Positions 22,205-34,740 are shown, numbered from the stretch's first letter. The stretch is DNA of 64,000 nt from Marsupella aquatica (GCA_973895155.1 OZ316898.1:9163079-9227078), one strand, 5' to 3'. Made by a program: numbers and translations. Notes: a model not told the origin generated them from the sequence alone.

Positions 22205-24200
22205 GCACAGAGATCCATCCTGGTTTCTTCGGGCATTGGTGGCTCCATCGATTGGAGGGGACGGCAACAAGACAAGAGGGCCAAAGTTAAGGTGAGATCC
22301 CGGGTGAGATATGTTTAGGTGTTCACATTCATATTTTTTCTTCAAGTCTTATACTTTTAACTTCTCGGGCCGAACTTAAAATTGGTCTATCAGCATCTGG
22401 GCGCAGGGATTGATCGTTGTTTCTTCCGGCATTGGTGGCTCCATTAATGTGAGTGGACACCAAGAAGACAAGGTGAGCATCTTGAGCTACGCACATTAAT
22501 TTTGCATGTATGTTTGTGGTTTTTGCTTTGTTTAGTTATTGGGGCAAACTTATAAAGTTTTTGTCATTTTGTGGTTGTAGGCGTCCATCTTGTTTTGTGT
22601 GGGCATTGGGCGGGGCATTGGGGGCTCCATTGATTGGAGGGGAGCGCAAACTGAGAAGTAGAATGTAAATATCAGTTGGCTCATTTCCCGGCTCATTTCC
22701 ATCGGCAGGTTTTGCAGACCCGCAATTGTGATCCTAGTGATTCGATTTTCTTTTGTGCATCTTGGGCAACGTCGATTGTTGGGGAGCACTCATAAGGCGA
22801 GAAGGTGGAAGTGAAGGTGAGCACCCCCGACCTTTGCACATAGACATGTTGTGACCATATGTATGTGGCATTTTTAAGTTCTCAAAGTTAATTGTGAATT
22901 TTTCTCTATGGTTTAGGGATCCATTCTTGGCATTGCGGGTTCCATCATTTGGAGGGAGAGCGGCGACAAGACAAGAAGGTGGAAGCATACGTGAGCACCC
23001 CTGACCTTTACATTTACATTCAACATGTTCACTGTACCATTATTTGGCCGCACACCCTCCCATGAGAGGGATTTCATGTGTAGCAATTGTTTTGCAAAGA
23101 TTGCTTCTTTTTCTGCAAGCACTTCAATCTTGTGGGTGTCGGTGATTGTAGGGGCCGATTGTTGTTTGTTTTGGGCATTGGGGGGCCCCGACTGAGGTGA
23201 TCCAAGGGATTTCTCTGTTTTTTGGCATTGAGGCTCAGTTCATTGGAGGGAAGGGGCCGAAGGTGTGATTGAAGGTGAACTCTTTTCCTTGGCTCTTTCC
23301 AAATAGTTACAATAGTGTTTACCGGGAGTGTTTACTTGGATTCTTAAGGCTTCTATTTTTTGCTTCTGAGCTATCATTCAACTGTTTTAGGGTCCTTTGC
23401 TAAAATCAGTCTGAGATAATCAGCACCATCCTAATGAGGTCTGAACATTGTGACAGACGAGTTCTTGGTTGACGATTGATAAACGGGGTGAGCCTCCACA
23501 GTCTAGAAAGGTCAACCTTCAGACTTGAGGTCGGTAATTCTTTTAGATTCTCCCTATGTTGGTTTGTTGTATTCTGTCATGTGTTATAAGGTCTACCGTG
23601 CTTGGGTTGACATGAGCTCTTGCAACCTATGAACATTTGCATTTTTCCTCCATGTAATATGTTTTAGAGCTATTGAGCCAAACACCATCCTAGGATTGGG
23701 ATTGTACAGTCGCATGTAGACCAGGTTTATTTGCATAGATTGCTTCTACAGCGGGTTCTATAGTGCATGTGGTTCAATTCTGTGTGTTTGCAATCTTAAG
23801 GGTTGGAATGTTGTCTTTCCAGGCATTGTGCAAGGCATTGCGGAGTGAAGGACATTGCAGCTAGACTGAGGTCATTGCGGGGATTCCTGTGTATTCAAGC
23901 GTTGGGGTAACATCTTCGTGCTAGAGAAGTGACTGTCAAGAAACCCGAAAGGTGGAAGAGAAGGTGAACTCTTTTCCTTGGCTATTTTCGCAAAGTTGTA
24001 ATGTTTGCCTGATTTGTTAGGCTTTATGTTTTTGCTATAGGTGCTCTACTGCATTGTTCAAATCTGTAGTTGTTGATTCATACTGATCTGGTATTTATTG
24101 CTTGCGACAGAAGAGTTCTTGGTTGAGGATTACATAGCGGAGTGAGCTTCGACTTTTGGAAAAGTCAGCCGTGAGACCTTGGTAATTCATTTACATTCTC
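22205..24200 (+). repeat. Dispersed degenerate repeats with exon/intron-like punctuation
   Basis: GGCATTGG(T/G)GGCTCCAT...TGGAGGG...CAAGACAAG variants near 22230, 22430, 22615, 22930 and 23225. Block about 23270-23540 is duplicated at about 23960-24190. Confidence 0.6.
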
Positions 24201-25326
24201 TCGGTGCTGGTTTTTGGTCTTCCATATTATCTTTGTCTATAGCTGACTGATTTATTGCATGTGCTTACATTTTGGGTTTAATGACTCAAATACATCTGAT
24301 GTGTGCAGGTGGTTGGACTCGGCACTGTGCAAGTTGTGAATTGAAGTTTACAGTCAAAGAGTCTTCTATCACCGAGGTAACACAGGGGTACAGCAATGGT
24401 AATCACCCAAAGCCAATTGTAGTTTGCCATAGAGAACCAAAAATCACATTTTAAAGTCTCCAAACTCGGTATTCGTTCCCTTTAAGAACAAGATGGGGTT
24501 GGTTTGATGTAATAAACTAAAAACAAAGCTTTAAGCTCTTGTGTCACACATAGTAATCAATCTTGACTACTTTAATCAGGTACTTTGAAGATCGCTCCAC
24601 AGCGGTGAGTAGTTTTTGATGATAACTCAACATCAGATAACCTTCAATTAAGCAAAAGATTGCAATTAACAAAACACAAGGAAAAATCTCTCAGAGTATG
24701 CTTAAGGGAGTCTGGAATAGACCAAGGTTACTCCTTAGACATAAGTAATAATGGAATGACTTTAAGGGAATCCAAATCCACACGGCTTTTCAGATCTAAA
24801 CTGCATACTAGAGTATCCTTTTAAAATGCTGGCAACATGTCTTGACCTTTCTTCCTAAGTGATACTTAGTCAAGATCTAAAAGGATAAATACTTCAGCAT
24901 TTAGATGGTACTAAGCAACATGAAGGTGAAAACATCATTTCCAATGTAACTTAAACTCAATGAGTTAACTCTAAGAACTTGTGAGATTACAATGTGTCAC
25001 CAAAGCGGAATCTGACATTATAATTCACGAGATTCATAACTGAGGTTTTACTTCAAGTATTTGGGTTCCAAAATACAAGAAGGAGGTAAGTCTCTCCAAT
25101 TATTAAGTCTGATTTAGAACTCGTAGGTTCAGAATCAATAGACTTAACAAAAGGGAGGCAAAAATGCAGAACTTAACCATCTCTCTACACTAGGGGAAGA
25201 GGTATAAATAGTGATGAACTACAGAATAAGAGGTCACAGGGTCGAAGAGACATGCCTCTTCATAACCCTCAAAAAGTCAAAACGACGATTCAATAAGTGG
25301 AAAGCCGGAAAAAATGGCTAAGTATG

Positions 25327-25391
25327 AACTCTTAAACTCTTAAAAACTTAAACTCTTAAAAACGTAAAAACTTAAACTCTTAAACTCTTAA
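25327..25391 (+). repeat. (TTAAACTC)n-like short repeat cluster
   Basis: AACTCTTAAACTCTTAA reiterated; same motif and orientation as 28216-28387. Confidence 0.8.
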
Positions 25392-25596
25392 TTTCGGTAT
25401 ACTAAAAATTGAGTAGATTCAACTATTTTTAATTTTCTACTCCTGATTCGAAAAACTCTGAAATTTTTCCAGTAGGGTTTCCTAGGTACAGACTACAGCC
25501 TAAAGAAGTCTCATAGCTTTTAAAGCTCTACAACACATTTAGAAAAATTGGTAAAAGTACTATACTTTTCAATACTAGCTAAAAAGATAGTCTCCT

Positions 25597-28011
25597 TCAA
25601 GCTTGTTGTCGAATATCATCGAGTTCGAGCAGCTCCACGTAGGTGACAATCCGATTCTGTGTTACTTCCATCAGCTCAGTCTGACGTGGTGATCCTCGAG
25701 AGTAGGGTAGGCACCTTAGTTGTCTCTCAGGATACATCAAAGGCATTCGCTTCATCAAATAACAGGAATCTATACGAAGAGCTTCTCTGTATATCCCTAG
25801 TACATCATAGTTGTTGCAGGTGGCAGCATATACTTGGGGATAGTGATGCAGCAACTCATCACTATTCATCATCCTGGAATAGAAGGGTCGAAGTCTCCAT
25901 CTGACATCCTTAAAATATCGGTTGAAATGAGCCAGGGTCTGAGTAGTGACATTATTCCAGATCCTCTGTTTCTCAGCTAGGGAACTGGTGGAAACAAGGA
26001 CAACCTTCGGCTCTCGTGGAATGTAAGAGTTCTGGTGAGAAGTGGATTTCTTACTCTGCATGAGAAAAGAAATCACAAAGTCCAGAGCGTAAGCTGCAAA
26101 ATTCCCGAAATAGGCCAAAACCAAATCTGGATCTTCTACTTCTACATCCCCTTGAAGTAGCATCATAGCAAGGATGGGTCGGAAGTAGATTGAGTCAGTC
26201 CAGAACTCATCAAATTGAGCCATCTCCACTCTTGAAGTTCCGAAACTTCTGAGGTCAAATATGTAACTGGCCTCAGTCTTCTTAAGGTAGTAGTATCTCC
26301 AAAACTCTCCAATTGGGGGTCTGTTGGCCTGCATTATCTTACAAGTCTCCACGTACCTCTGCACTTGAGACTCTGGATGTCGTGTATATCTTTTTTCAAT
26401 GACAGAATACCGGGGTGTTTGAGTAGAGGAGGTGACAACTGCCACTAAATTTGGATCAGATCTTAAGGTAGTGTCAACATCCTCAAATCCTTGCCTTGGT
26501 GACGACTCGACAGAGTTGTCATAAGATCTGATGGAATCAAAATCAGAGGGTGGATCAGAATCCTCAGGAAGATCCTGTCTAACAGAAGGATGTTCATACT
26601 GTGGTTGGGTATAAATAGGTCCCTCGGTTGGCTCATAATTGGAATCTGGACTATAAATGCAGTCACCCGGGTTGGAAGGGCCTTTGAATTCTGTGTACTT
26701 CGGAATTAAGTCACTAACCACAGAGATTATCTCCTCAGGTTCACACTGAAGCAATTCCAGTAGGTCAGTTACAATTGCAACACAACTTGTGTTTCCTATC
26801 CTTGAGACAGGTTCACTTGGCTCTGGAGGTAGATTCTGTGGGACAGTAGGAGTGAGAGCAACAAATTCTTCTGGTGTTGACCTCTCAATGGGAGAAGCGG
26901 TCCTGACAGGGGTTAGCTGATCTGGAAATGGAGAGGATAAGCTAACTGCCTCGGATCTCAAATCACAGACAACATCGTAGAGTTCAACATCACTGCAACC
27001 GAAGAGAGAGATTAACTTATCAATAAGCTGCTGATTTGACTCTGCTTTCGAAAAAGGGGGCATGGTGACTCCTCGTATGGCAGTAATAGTTGGTTCAACA
27101 ACGACTTCTTGTTGCTCAGGAAAAATCTCGTCTCCTTCAGCTTCAAGTTGATCTGCTCCACTGATTTCTCTTGGAGAGTATAAAATGACCTCCATGTTGT
27201 GTTCAGGGGGAAATTCCGAACCACCTATCGAGACATCCTCCATATTAACATCGATGTCCATATTAACATCCTGATCAGTGGAATTCAGCAGAATGTCCTG
27301 TTCTGATTCTGCTACACTAATTTCTTCCTCAATGTCCAACTCGATCAGAAGTAATCCCCTTTCTGTTTTCTCCTCCGGATGTAAACAGTCATGTGCTTGA
27401 TACAGCTGAGATAGATAGACTTGTAGACAAGTAGGTCTGCCTGCCTTCATACTTCTCACCTGATCGTTCATCACATTGAAAAGTAACAACGCCCAATTTG
27501 CTTGGATAGCTCCACTGTGAGAAGCTACGATAGTATTCGCCAATGCCACAGGGCAGATAGTTGGTCTCTTCGGATGGAGAATGGGCACTAGAAATTCTAA
27601 AAGAATCCTCAAATCCGGATAGGTACATTGTGTCACATTCCAGCCATTGGTAGGATGGCGAATCCCTGAAAAGTAAGGAGTGGACAAATCTTTTTTCTTT
27701 GAATATAATCCTTCTCCATCTAAGGGGCAGCGGAAGGCATGAGCTACTTGCTCAACTGTCCATAAACTTGGCCGAGCTCGAATGGTTTGTCGAAATTCAG
27801 GGGCAATCAGTGATCCTCTCACAAAATCCTGTAAATAAGAGTCGAGCTCCACATTCCAAGGGATTGCGAGTAGATGTTCCAATCCGAGCTGCTGTAACGA
27901 TGTTCTCAAATTTTCACAACTGTCGGGCGCCAAAGGAATTCGAGCGACCACACTCTTAGGAATTGCCAGAGTTTGAACACGATACTGTGCATCAGCGTCC
28001 AAGTCAGCCAT
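25597..28011 (-). CDS. 804-aa intronless ORF, probably a retroelement-associated accessory protein
   Basis: Uninterrupted ORF. N-terminal region (LGLEHLLAIPW...TIRARPSLWT...GEGL...NGW....C....LR.LLEFLVPILHP.RPT.....LANTI) resembles a repetitive hypothetical-protein family I recall from bryophyte genomes, followed by an acidic/Pro-Ser linker and an unknown C-terminal domain. Confidence 0.7.
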   Translation of the reverse strand: MADLDADAQYRVQTLAIPKSVVARIPLAPDSCENLRTSLQQLGLEHLLAIPWNVELDSYLQDFVRGSLIAPEFRQTIRARPSLWTVEQVAHAFRCPLDGEGLYSKKKDLSTPYFSGIRHPTNGWNVTQCTYPDLRILLEFLVPILHPKRPTICPVALANTIVASHSGAIQANWALLLFNVMNDQVRSMKAGRPTCLQVYLSQLYQAHDCLHPEEKTERGLLLIELDIEEEISVAESEQDILLNSTDQDVNMDIDVNMEDVSIGGSEFPPEHNMEVILYSPREISGADQLEAEGDEIFPEQQEVVVEPTITAIRGVTMPPFSKAESNQQLIDKLISLFGCSDVELYDVVCDLRSEAVSLSSPFPDQLTPVRTASPIERSTPEEFVALTPTVPQNLPPEPSEPVSRIGNTSCVAIVTDLLELLQCEPEEIISVVSDLIPKYTEFKGPSNPGDCIYSPDSNYEPTEGPIYTQPQYEHPSVRQDLPEDSDPPSDFDSIRSYDNSVESSPRQGFEDVDTTLRSDPNLVAVVTSSTQTPRYSVIEKRYTRHPESQVQRYVETCKIMQANRPPIGEFWRYYYLKKTEASYIFDLRSFGTSRVEMAQFDEFWTDSIYFRPILAMMLLQGDVEVEDPDLVLAYFGNFAAYALDFVISFLMQSKKSTSHQNSYIPREPKVVLVSTSSLAEKQRIWNNVTTQTLAHFNRYFKDVRWRLRPFYSRMMNSDELLHHYPQVYAATCNNYDVLGIYREALRIDSCYLMKRMPLMYPERQLRCLPYSRGSPRQTELMEVTQNRIVTYVELLELDDIRQQA

Positions 28012-28215
28012 AGCTCAAATTCTGCTCACTGAGCTGCGCGAAGAATTGTTTGGAGTCGAGAGCGATGAAAGATGCAGCGGAAGAGAAGTCAGGAGTGAGC
28101 GCCTATGTTCTGGATTCCTCCCCCTTCAAGGCCTGCTCCTCGTTTTGTTGCAAAGTCCCGTTGGAGTTAGCCGTAGCCTGTCACAATCGCGGGGCTCGCC
28201 AGTTCGCAAGTCGCA

Positions 28216-28387
28216 ACTCTTAAAGTCGTAAAGTCTTAAAGTAGGGTTTACTCGTAAACCCTTAAACTCTTAAACTATTAAACACTTCAACTCTTCAACT
28301 CTTAAACTCTTAAACTATTAAAGTAGGGTTTACTCGTAAACCCGTAAACTCTTAAACACTTCAACTCTTCAACTCTTAAACTCTTAA
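28216..28387 (+). repeat. (TTAAACTC/TTCAACTC)n repeat cluster with duplicated AGTAGGGTTTACTCGTAAACCC
   Basis: Read directly; GGGTTTAC-TC-GTAAACCC is itself an inverted repeat and occurs twice. Confidence 0.85.
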
Positions 28388-28500
28388 TCTTCGGCAGAGT
28401 TTAGTTTACTCGAGTTATCAGCAAATATAGTTTAACTACTTCAAAAATTTAAAAATTTTCCGGTTTTCTTCATGACTTTGGAATTACTGCCTATCTACAC

Positions 28501-28881
28501 CAATCAGTAGGTCTTCTTTACGAGAAGGCAGTAAGGCTTCGTCGTAAATTGAGGGCTTTAGGGTTGTTCCGAACGGAGTTACCTGTTACCATCCTTTTTG
28601 GGGCTGCTCCTCCCCCTAGGATGATTCGGGTGTCTATGTGGGAAAAGTATATGAACCCTATGTCCATTCTTTTCACGCTTGAGGTAGAAGGCGTACAGTA
28701 CACTATTGTTGCAGGTTGCATCCATGCTCTGAATGCAAGATGTCCTGCATGCGATGTACATCCTGATGAAGATGTGAAGGACAATGATGTGTTTGCTAGG
28801 AAGTGTTGGTGGAAAGTGTGCCAGCTTTGGAACACTGACCCCTTTGTGTTAGGAGAGGTAGAGCTTAATGACGGTCACTAG
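28501..28881 (+). CDS. Small Cys/His protein of unknown function (paralogue of 13021-13350); start uncertain
   Basis: Open frame ...YEKAVRLRRKLRALGLF...GCIHALNARCPAC...CQLWNTDPF. Confidence 0.55.
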   Translation, partial: QSVGLLYEKAVRLRRKLRALGLFRTELPVTILFGAAPPPRMIRVSMWEKYMNPMSILFTLEVEGVQYTIVAGCIHALNARCPACDVHPDEDVKDNDVFARKCWWKVCQLWNTDPFVLGEVELNDGH

Positions 28882-30370
28882 GTACGTGTGTAGGTACAGC
28901 ATTTACGGTCTGGTCTAGATGGAATTTAGGCCTACACGACCGCATGGATGGGTCATTTTGTAAAACGTATCTGGTGTTGATCCAACATCAATTTTGGAAT
29001 TAACTTATCATGTGTTCATCAGTTTCTCAATTCTTATGTCATCCTCGGGTTAGGCAGTCTGAGTTTCTCACGTTAGAAACTATGATGATAATTATGACAA
29101 TCCTATCATCGTATCTACAAGGCATGCCATCAAAATTGACGAGCTGATGGACTTGCCGATACTTGAAACTAACACACTGGCATTTTGCCTCCTAGGATTG
29201 CAAATGGTGATGGACCTGTGGATGATGAGTTGGCTTGTCTAGCAAACCAAAGGTAAGGTTTGGTTTCATCTAGTTGCTCAAGTAATGTACTGGATAGATT
29301 GATGTACAGTTGTGAGTTGAAAAATAATAAGCATTATCGTGATGTTGTTCTGTGGTTCTAAAACTCTACGATGTTGTTCAGGCATTTGCGTGGTGCATTC
29401 TGGGATCGCGAGCACTCTCTTGTGCGGATCTGCCATCTGGACTCCAAGGTACAGCCAAGCAATATTCTTCCCTGGTGCTTGCTGTCCATGTATTTTGCAC
29501 TTCTGTTTTCAAAGGATAATGTACAGGGCATTGTGTGTTTCTCAGGTAAGTTGTCATTTCAGCTTTGTGACTGTTGCTGTAGATAAAGAACTTGTTTGCA
29601 GGGCCCATCAAATTAACTAGAGACCATGGGGAAGTAATGCCCCCATTGGAGACTGCTGGATTTGGTCGCTGGCAGTCTAGCGCTCTGTTAATTTTGAAGC
29701 AGGTTGTCCGAAAGTATATATAAGGGTTGTTGAGCGCTTCAACCCTATTACGTAATTATAGGGCTTGTGTGGTCTAGTCTGGGCTTCTCCAATGCTGTCA
29801 ATAGTGAGTCTGTGCGGCCCAACCGTCAATTGGAGGAGAGGGATTGGAGTGTGGGCTTGGCCCCGACCGTACATGGACCTAGCACATTAACTGGGATAGG
29901 GACAAGCTCTAAAAGGGACAAGCTTAAATGGCCATGTGTGGATCCCATGCTCACTTGTGCTTACGCCAAAATTGGAATCCTTGCCTGCAAAGGGTATGTC
30001 CCTTCCCACCCGAAATTCTCGGAGAAAGTAGCAATGGACCTTGCAAAAGCCAATCACCACGAGAAATGGCCGGGATGGGGCAAGGCCCTCGTGGGATTGG
30101 TCCATTGGAGGCGGTCTCCACATGTCTGTTGGGCTAGAAGACTCTGTCGTTTTATATATCCATCTTATCCCTCTTTCTTTCTGTCAATCTAATCACTCTA
30201 AGTGACTTATCCTCCGTTCTTCCACACTCATCGCTTTGCAGTAGAACCTGCTTCGTCTGCTTAATGATAAATAGGAAGTTGACACTCACGGTGTTGATGG
30301 TCATTTTGTATTCTCAAATGTTTGCAGGCCCATGTGAGGTGCATAGGGCTCCCGAAGAGGGTGTGGTAGA

Positions 30371-30811
30371 ATGCCACCCACCACATTATTTCAAGTAGAC
30401 TCAGAAGGTGGGGAGCAGAAGCCTGTGTCATCATATAGCTACCTCATAGGTGAATATTTTGCTGATGTCAGACTAAAGTTGGAGTCAATGTTTGACTTTG
30501 ACTTTATCGATGTCAGTCTCAATACGAGAATGCAAAGAAAATGGGAGAAACTCAATCTCATTGAGGATTTTGGGGGGAAGATCATTATCATCCCCGTGAA
30601 TACTAGTGATTCTCCTATTCAGAATGTGCTGATAGGACCGCATCAAGTCCTCCAAAGCAGCAATGCCTCAAATGGGCCCTCCTGGACGGAGAGTGACAAG
30701 CGTGCCACTTCTCCGATCATGGACGAACCCGAATTGGACCCTACTCGAGATTCTGGGGCTCCATCATCTGAGCCTGAGCCTGATCTATGTCACCTGCTTA
30801 TCAAACGATGA
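30371..30811 (+). CDS. Hypothetical protein or exon of unknown function
   Basis: 146-aa ORF with a globular-looking first half and a low-complexity tail; no motif recognised. Confidence 0.3.
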   Translation: MPPTTLFQVDSEGGEQKPVSSYSYLIGEYFADVRLKLESMFDFDFIDVSLNTRMQRKWEKLNLIEDFGGKIIIIPVNTSDSPIQNVLIGPHQVLQSSNASNGPSWTESDKRATSPIMDEPELDPTRDSGAPSSEPEPDLCHLLIKR

Positions 30812-31843
30812 ACACAACAAACACCACTTGGTTCCACTAAAAATTGTTTGTATCGTATGACGGGGACGTGGAGGGACGCTATATGGATCAATTTCATACT
30901 AAGGATGAGTAGATTCGTTTTCGCTCCCGGAAATGTATTTTTTGATCAAGTCTACCGACTATACGTACTCTGCTTTTGATCAAGTCCCGTGGACTACCTT
31001 GTTTCTACTCCTCCTGGCCTTTGGCAAAGTGCTGTCACCACTCTCCCACTCACAGGGTCGACCAAGCCATGTAAGTTTCTCTAAATACTCATACTAGGGG
31101 AAGAACACAATCGTGCAACCAAGAGAGGGAACAACACACAAGAAGTCATGAAAATCCAACCGAATCCATATCTATTAGTGGCCAAGGTAACACATTGCAT
31201 GGGCAACCCGGTCTCCTACCGTCTACCCAACTCCTGCCTCACGGGACAATGCGCCTCTCCACCTCAATACTCTGGATCAATTCCCTACTCTTGTTGAAGG
31301 CTAATCCTCACAAAAACAACACTAGACTGAGTTCCCCCCTTGCTCCTACCGGGGGCTGCTGGTTAAATACCGAAAACAACAATGCATGAACAAACAAGCC
31401 CTAGGGTGTGGCGGCGGCCACTGCCCTGGCTGGCCGCCATCCGCTGGCGGCGCCTCTAACCTAAAAGCCTTCTACACGTGCGGCACACACATGCACACCT
31501 AACCCTATTGCTACCCAAGTGAGGCCAACGGTGCCTTCGTCGGTCCTCACTACCCCCCTGGGTAGATGCAACACCTCCTCCCCTACTCTTCCCCGGGGTG
31601 GCCCTTCCCGACGTTTGGCCCGAGGTTCCTTGCTTCCGTAATGCCGCCAAAGCCTGCCAAGCCCTGATGTACCCGTGACCGATGGTGTCCTTCCACAATG
31701 TTGTCTCCTCATCACCCCGCAATTCCAGTGGCAAGACCTGGCCCATGGCCATGGGAGTTCCCGGGGTCACCGACCTTGGTGGCATACCAGTGGTTCCCTG
31801 GCCAGATGTTGCATTCCTTAGAGCTTTGCGGGTTGACTTCAAC

Positions 31844-33400
31844 TTATTCTCCAGGCTCTTGCACTTCTCCTTGTCCTTCTTGGCCGCTTCCAACATTGGC
31901 CCGTAAGTCTTGGTTACTTCGATGACCCACTGCATCAATGGCCTTGGCCAACATCTCTGGCGAAGCAATGGGAGTAACACCGGGTGGACAGGGCTTCTTC
32001 CTCTTCCCTAGACTTAGGGCGTCGGCTCTCTTGGCCCTTGTCTCATAAGCACTCACCTGGCCACGCAACTCTGAAATCTGCTTTTTGAGGGTATCCACAC
32101 CCTTTTCGGCTTGCTTCATCATTACCAGCTCCTTCCTCAAAGCAACTACTTCCTCGGCCTCCTTGGCCTTGGTGGACAGGGCTCCTTGCAAGTGGCCAAC
32201 TTGGTCATAGGCTTGCTTCAACAACCTACTCCTCTCTTGAATAGTCTCTTCCTTGGACACTATGACCTCCTTCAGCGCCTTGTGCCCAACTTGCAAGGTG
32301 GCCACCTTAGCATTGGCCCTACTCAGAGCCCACTTCATGGCTTTGCACAATTGCCAGCCCTCGTTAATAGCATCACGGTACTCTTGCAATTCCGCCAAGT
32401 ATACCTTTGGAATGTCATACACAATGGGCTCCTCGGGATTACCAATCAAGGACTCCAACCACTGCATGGTAAACTCTTCATCCATATCCTCTTCTTCGTC
32501 TGGTGCCCCCTCCACCACGACATCAGTGGCCAGTTCCTTGGTGGAATCCGTGGTCAAATTCTGTACGACAGTGGTGGCAATCTTTCGTAAGACGGTGGGG
32601 AAGGAGGGCAATACTCCTTCCTCTGGTTCGGGAACTGAGATGAGCCCCTCCATCCTGTTCAAGAGAAATGACCCAAGAAAATGGATGATTCCTCCAAGCT
32701 TTTGGCCTTTGGGATCTGCGGTCAGCGTTTTCCTCAAACCAAACACCCACCATCCGTACGTGTGCTCCGGATGTTGCTTGATGTCCAATGCAATGGCCAA
32801 GTGTTCCCCTGTAATTATACCTGATTGTACCCGACTGAGTATTCGTTGATGGACCTTCCCAACAAAACCCCTAAGCGCTGGGTCCTTGAAGGATGCAAGG
32901 GAAATGTGTACCACAGAGGTAGCCTCCTTCACGTACATGGCCAACTCTTCCAATGTGAGTGTCCCTGGTGGCTCCATGGGGTAGAATGTCAGGTCCTGGT
33001 TGTGCAACATCAGCAACCGAGTCAATTCGTCATGAGGGAGGGTGCGCTTGATGCATGCAAAGTACAATCCATCATCCCGTAATTCCATCCCATCCTCAAT
33101 CTCCCAATGCCTATCCACTGGAGCACGCATGTCCACTCGCATTAAATTGATAATCCTGGTGGATTCAAATAATTCACGGCTATCATGCAGAAGCTTGGCC
33201 AATGTCTTGGGGTATGAACGTCGTTGAGTCCTTCGTGACATGGGTGCTTCACTGGTCCCTGACATTGTGGCCCTGGTTGCCAGTTTCTCTTCTTCTTCTC
33301 TGGCTAGCTGCAGAGCGATGTACTCCCGGTAGGCTGCCTTGTACCTCCTAATGCGAGCATTGGTGAACTCAGGTCTGTCTTGGGATCTCATCCACCCCAC
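31844..33400 (-). CDS. 518-aa intronless hypothetical protein with C-terminal coiled coil; frameshifts into 31456-31980; probably TE-borne
   Basis: Long ORF with a heptad-rich K/E/L/A segment. Upstream TATA-like CTATATAAG on minus near 33690, next to GC-rich repeats. Confidence 0.55.
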   Translation of the reverse strand: MGWMRSQDRPEFTNARIRRYKAAYREYIALQLAREEEEKLATRATMSGTSEAPMSRRTQRRSYPKTLAKLLHDSRELFESTRIINLMRVDMRAPVDRHWEIEDGMELRDDGLYFACIKRTLPHDELTRLLMLHNQDLTFYPMEPPGTLTLEELAMYVKEATSVVHISLASFKDPALRGFVGKVHQRILSRVQSGIITGEHLAIALDIKQHPEHTYGWWVFGLRKTLTADPKGQKLGGIIHFLGSFLLNRMEGLISVPEPEEGVLPSFPTVLRKIATTVVQNLTTDSTKELATDVVVEGAPDEEEDMDEEFTMQWLESLIGNPEEPIVYDIPKVYLAELQEYRDAINEGWQLCKAMKWALSRANAKVATLQVGHKALKEVIVSKEETIQERSRLLKQAYDQVGHLQGALSTKAKEAEEVVALRKELVMMKQAEKGVDTLKKQISELRGQVSAYETRAKRADALSLGKRKKPCPPGVTPIASPEMLAKAIDAVGHRSNQDLRANVGSGQEGQGEVQEPGE

Positions 33401-33689
33401 TCCCCCTCAAGAGCACAACCGGTGACCGATTCCCGTTCCTCAATTCCTAGAGCTTGGCGTCGTGCGGCCCCCGTACCCAACCACGATAAAATAAATCAGG
33501 TTCCCTCTCCAACTAAGTCCTTGTCAATCCCCACTCCAGCTCACTCCATGGCCGCTCTCAGAATCACTCAAGGAAAATAGAGGTAGTATATGACACAAAG
33601 GGGAAGGTTGATGAGGAGAGAAAAGAGTTTCGGCAATGAGTGAGGAGCGCAAAAAAAACTGGGAAAAAAGAGTTGGAAATGAGCACTTA

Positions 33690-34740
33690 TATAGGCCGCT
33701 CCTCCCCCCAAGTTTCGCTCCTAATGGCCGAGGCCTCCCTTCTTACCCTGCGTACCTGCTCTGCCCAAAGGGGGAATCCCCTGGGATCCAGGGACCTTAA
33801 CTGCCTCCCTCCCCCATGAACCTTCTCCCCCAGGTTTGGGGGATTTTAATCCCCCTCCCCCTTCCTCCTTATGTACCTGCTCTGCCCCAAATTTGGGGGA
33901 TCCCTTGGGACCTTAACTGCCCCCCTCCCCCACGGACCTGCTCCCCAGGGTTGGGGCATTTATTATCCCCCTCCCCCCATCACGCCCTCTCTCGCTCGCG
34001 CGTCCCTATGGGCACCTTAATGGCCAACCCCTCTACCACTTTGGGGCCCGGTGCCCTATGCTCCCGGGTTTGGGGATCCCCCTGGGATCCAGGGGCCCTT
34101 AACTGCCCCCCTACGTACCTTCTCCTCCTCCAGGTGTGGGGGGTTTATTACTCCCCTCCCCCCTCACCTTTTCTCGCTCCCTCTGGCGCCACCTGCCCTT
34201 TGTTCGCGAAGCCTCCTGGCCGGCTCCCTCCTCCCGGGCCACCTTCCCTTGGCCGGCTCCCCCTTGGCTCGCACCCCTATGGCCGAGGCCTCCCCTTGGA
34301 AGGGGGATTTAATCCCCATGATCGTGCTCCCTCCTCCTGAGCCCGGGCCACCTTTTGGCCAGTTCCTTCCTCTTGCCCTCTTTCTTGGCCAACTCCTTTT
34401 GAAAGGGGAATTTAATCCCCCCTTTGTACCCCTACAAGCTAAGGCCGGGCCTCCCTTTGGTCGGCTCCCTCTGCTCTTCCTGGCCGGCTCCCTCTCCCGG
34501 GCCCCTGCTTGCTATGGCCAGCTTCTTTTGGCCGGGGCTAATTTGTGTTGGGGTCCGTGTGGCTGGTCGGGGCACCTCATGCGACGCTTGGCCACTAACT
34601 TCTTCGACCGGCCCCCATACGTAAATACTAGGGCTGGTGATAAAAATGTAAAGCTAGATAATCTCCCGGCTCCAGCATGGAATGGCAATAGGGCACATGC
34701 CTTGGCCCGGACCGGCCAGCGGCCAACCCCCCAACTCTGA
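33690..34740. repeat. GC-rich (C-rich on +) degenerate repeat region
   Basis: GGG(A/G)ATCCCCTGGGA...CCTTAACTGCC near 33775, 33897 and 34073; many TTGGCCGGC motifs. Confidence 0.7.

Noticed and set aside
25327-28387. Telomeric repeats
   Set aside because: The TTAAACTC unit differs from plant TTTAGGG/CCCTAAA and the clusters are short and irregular.
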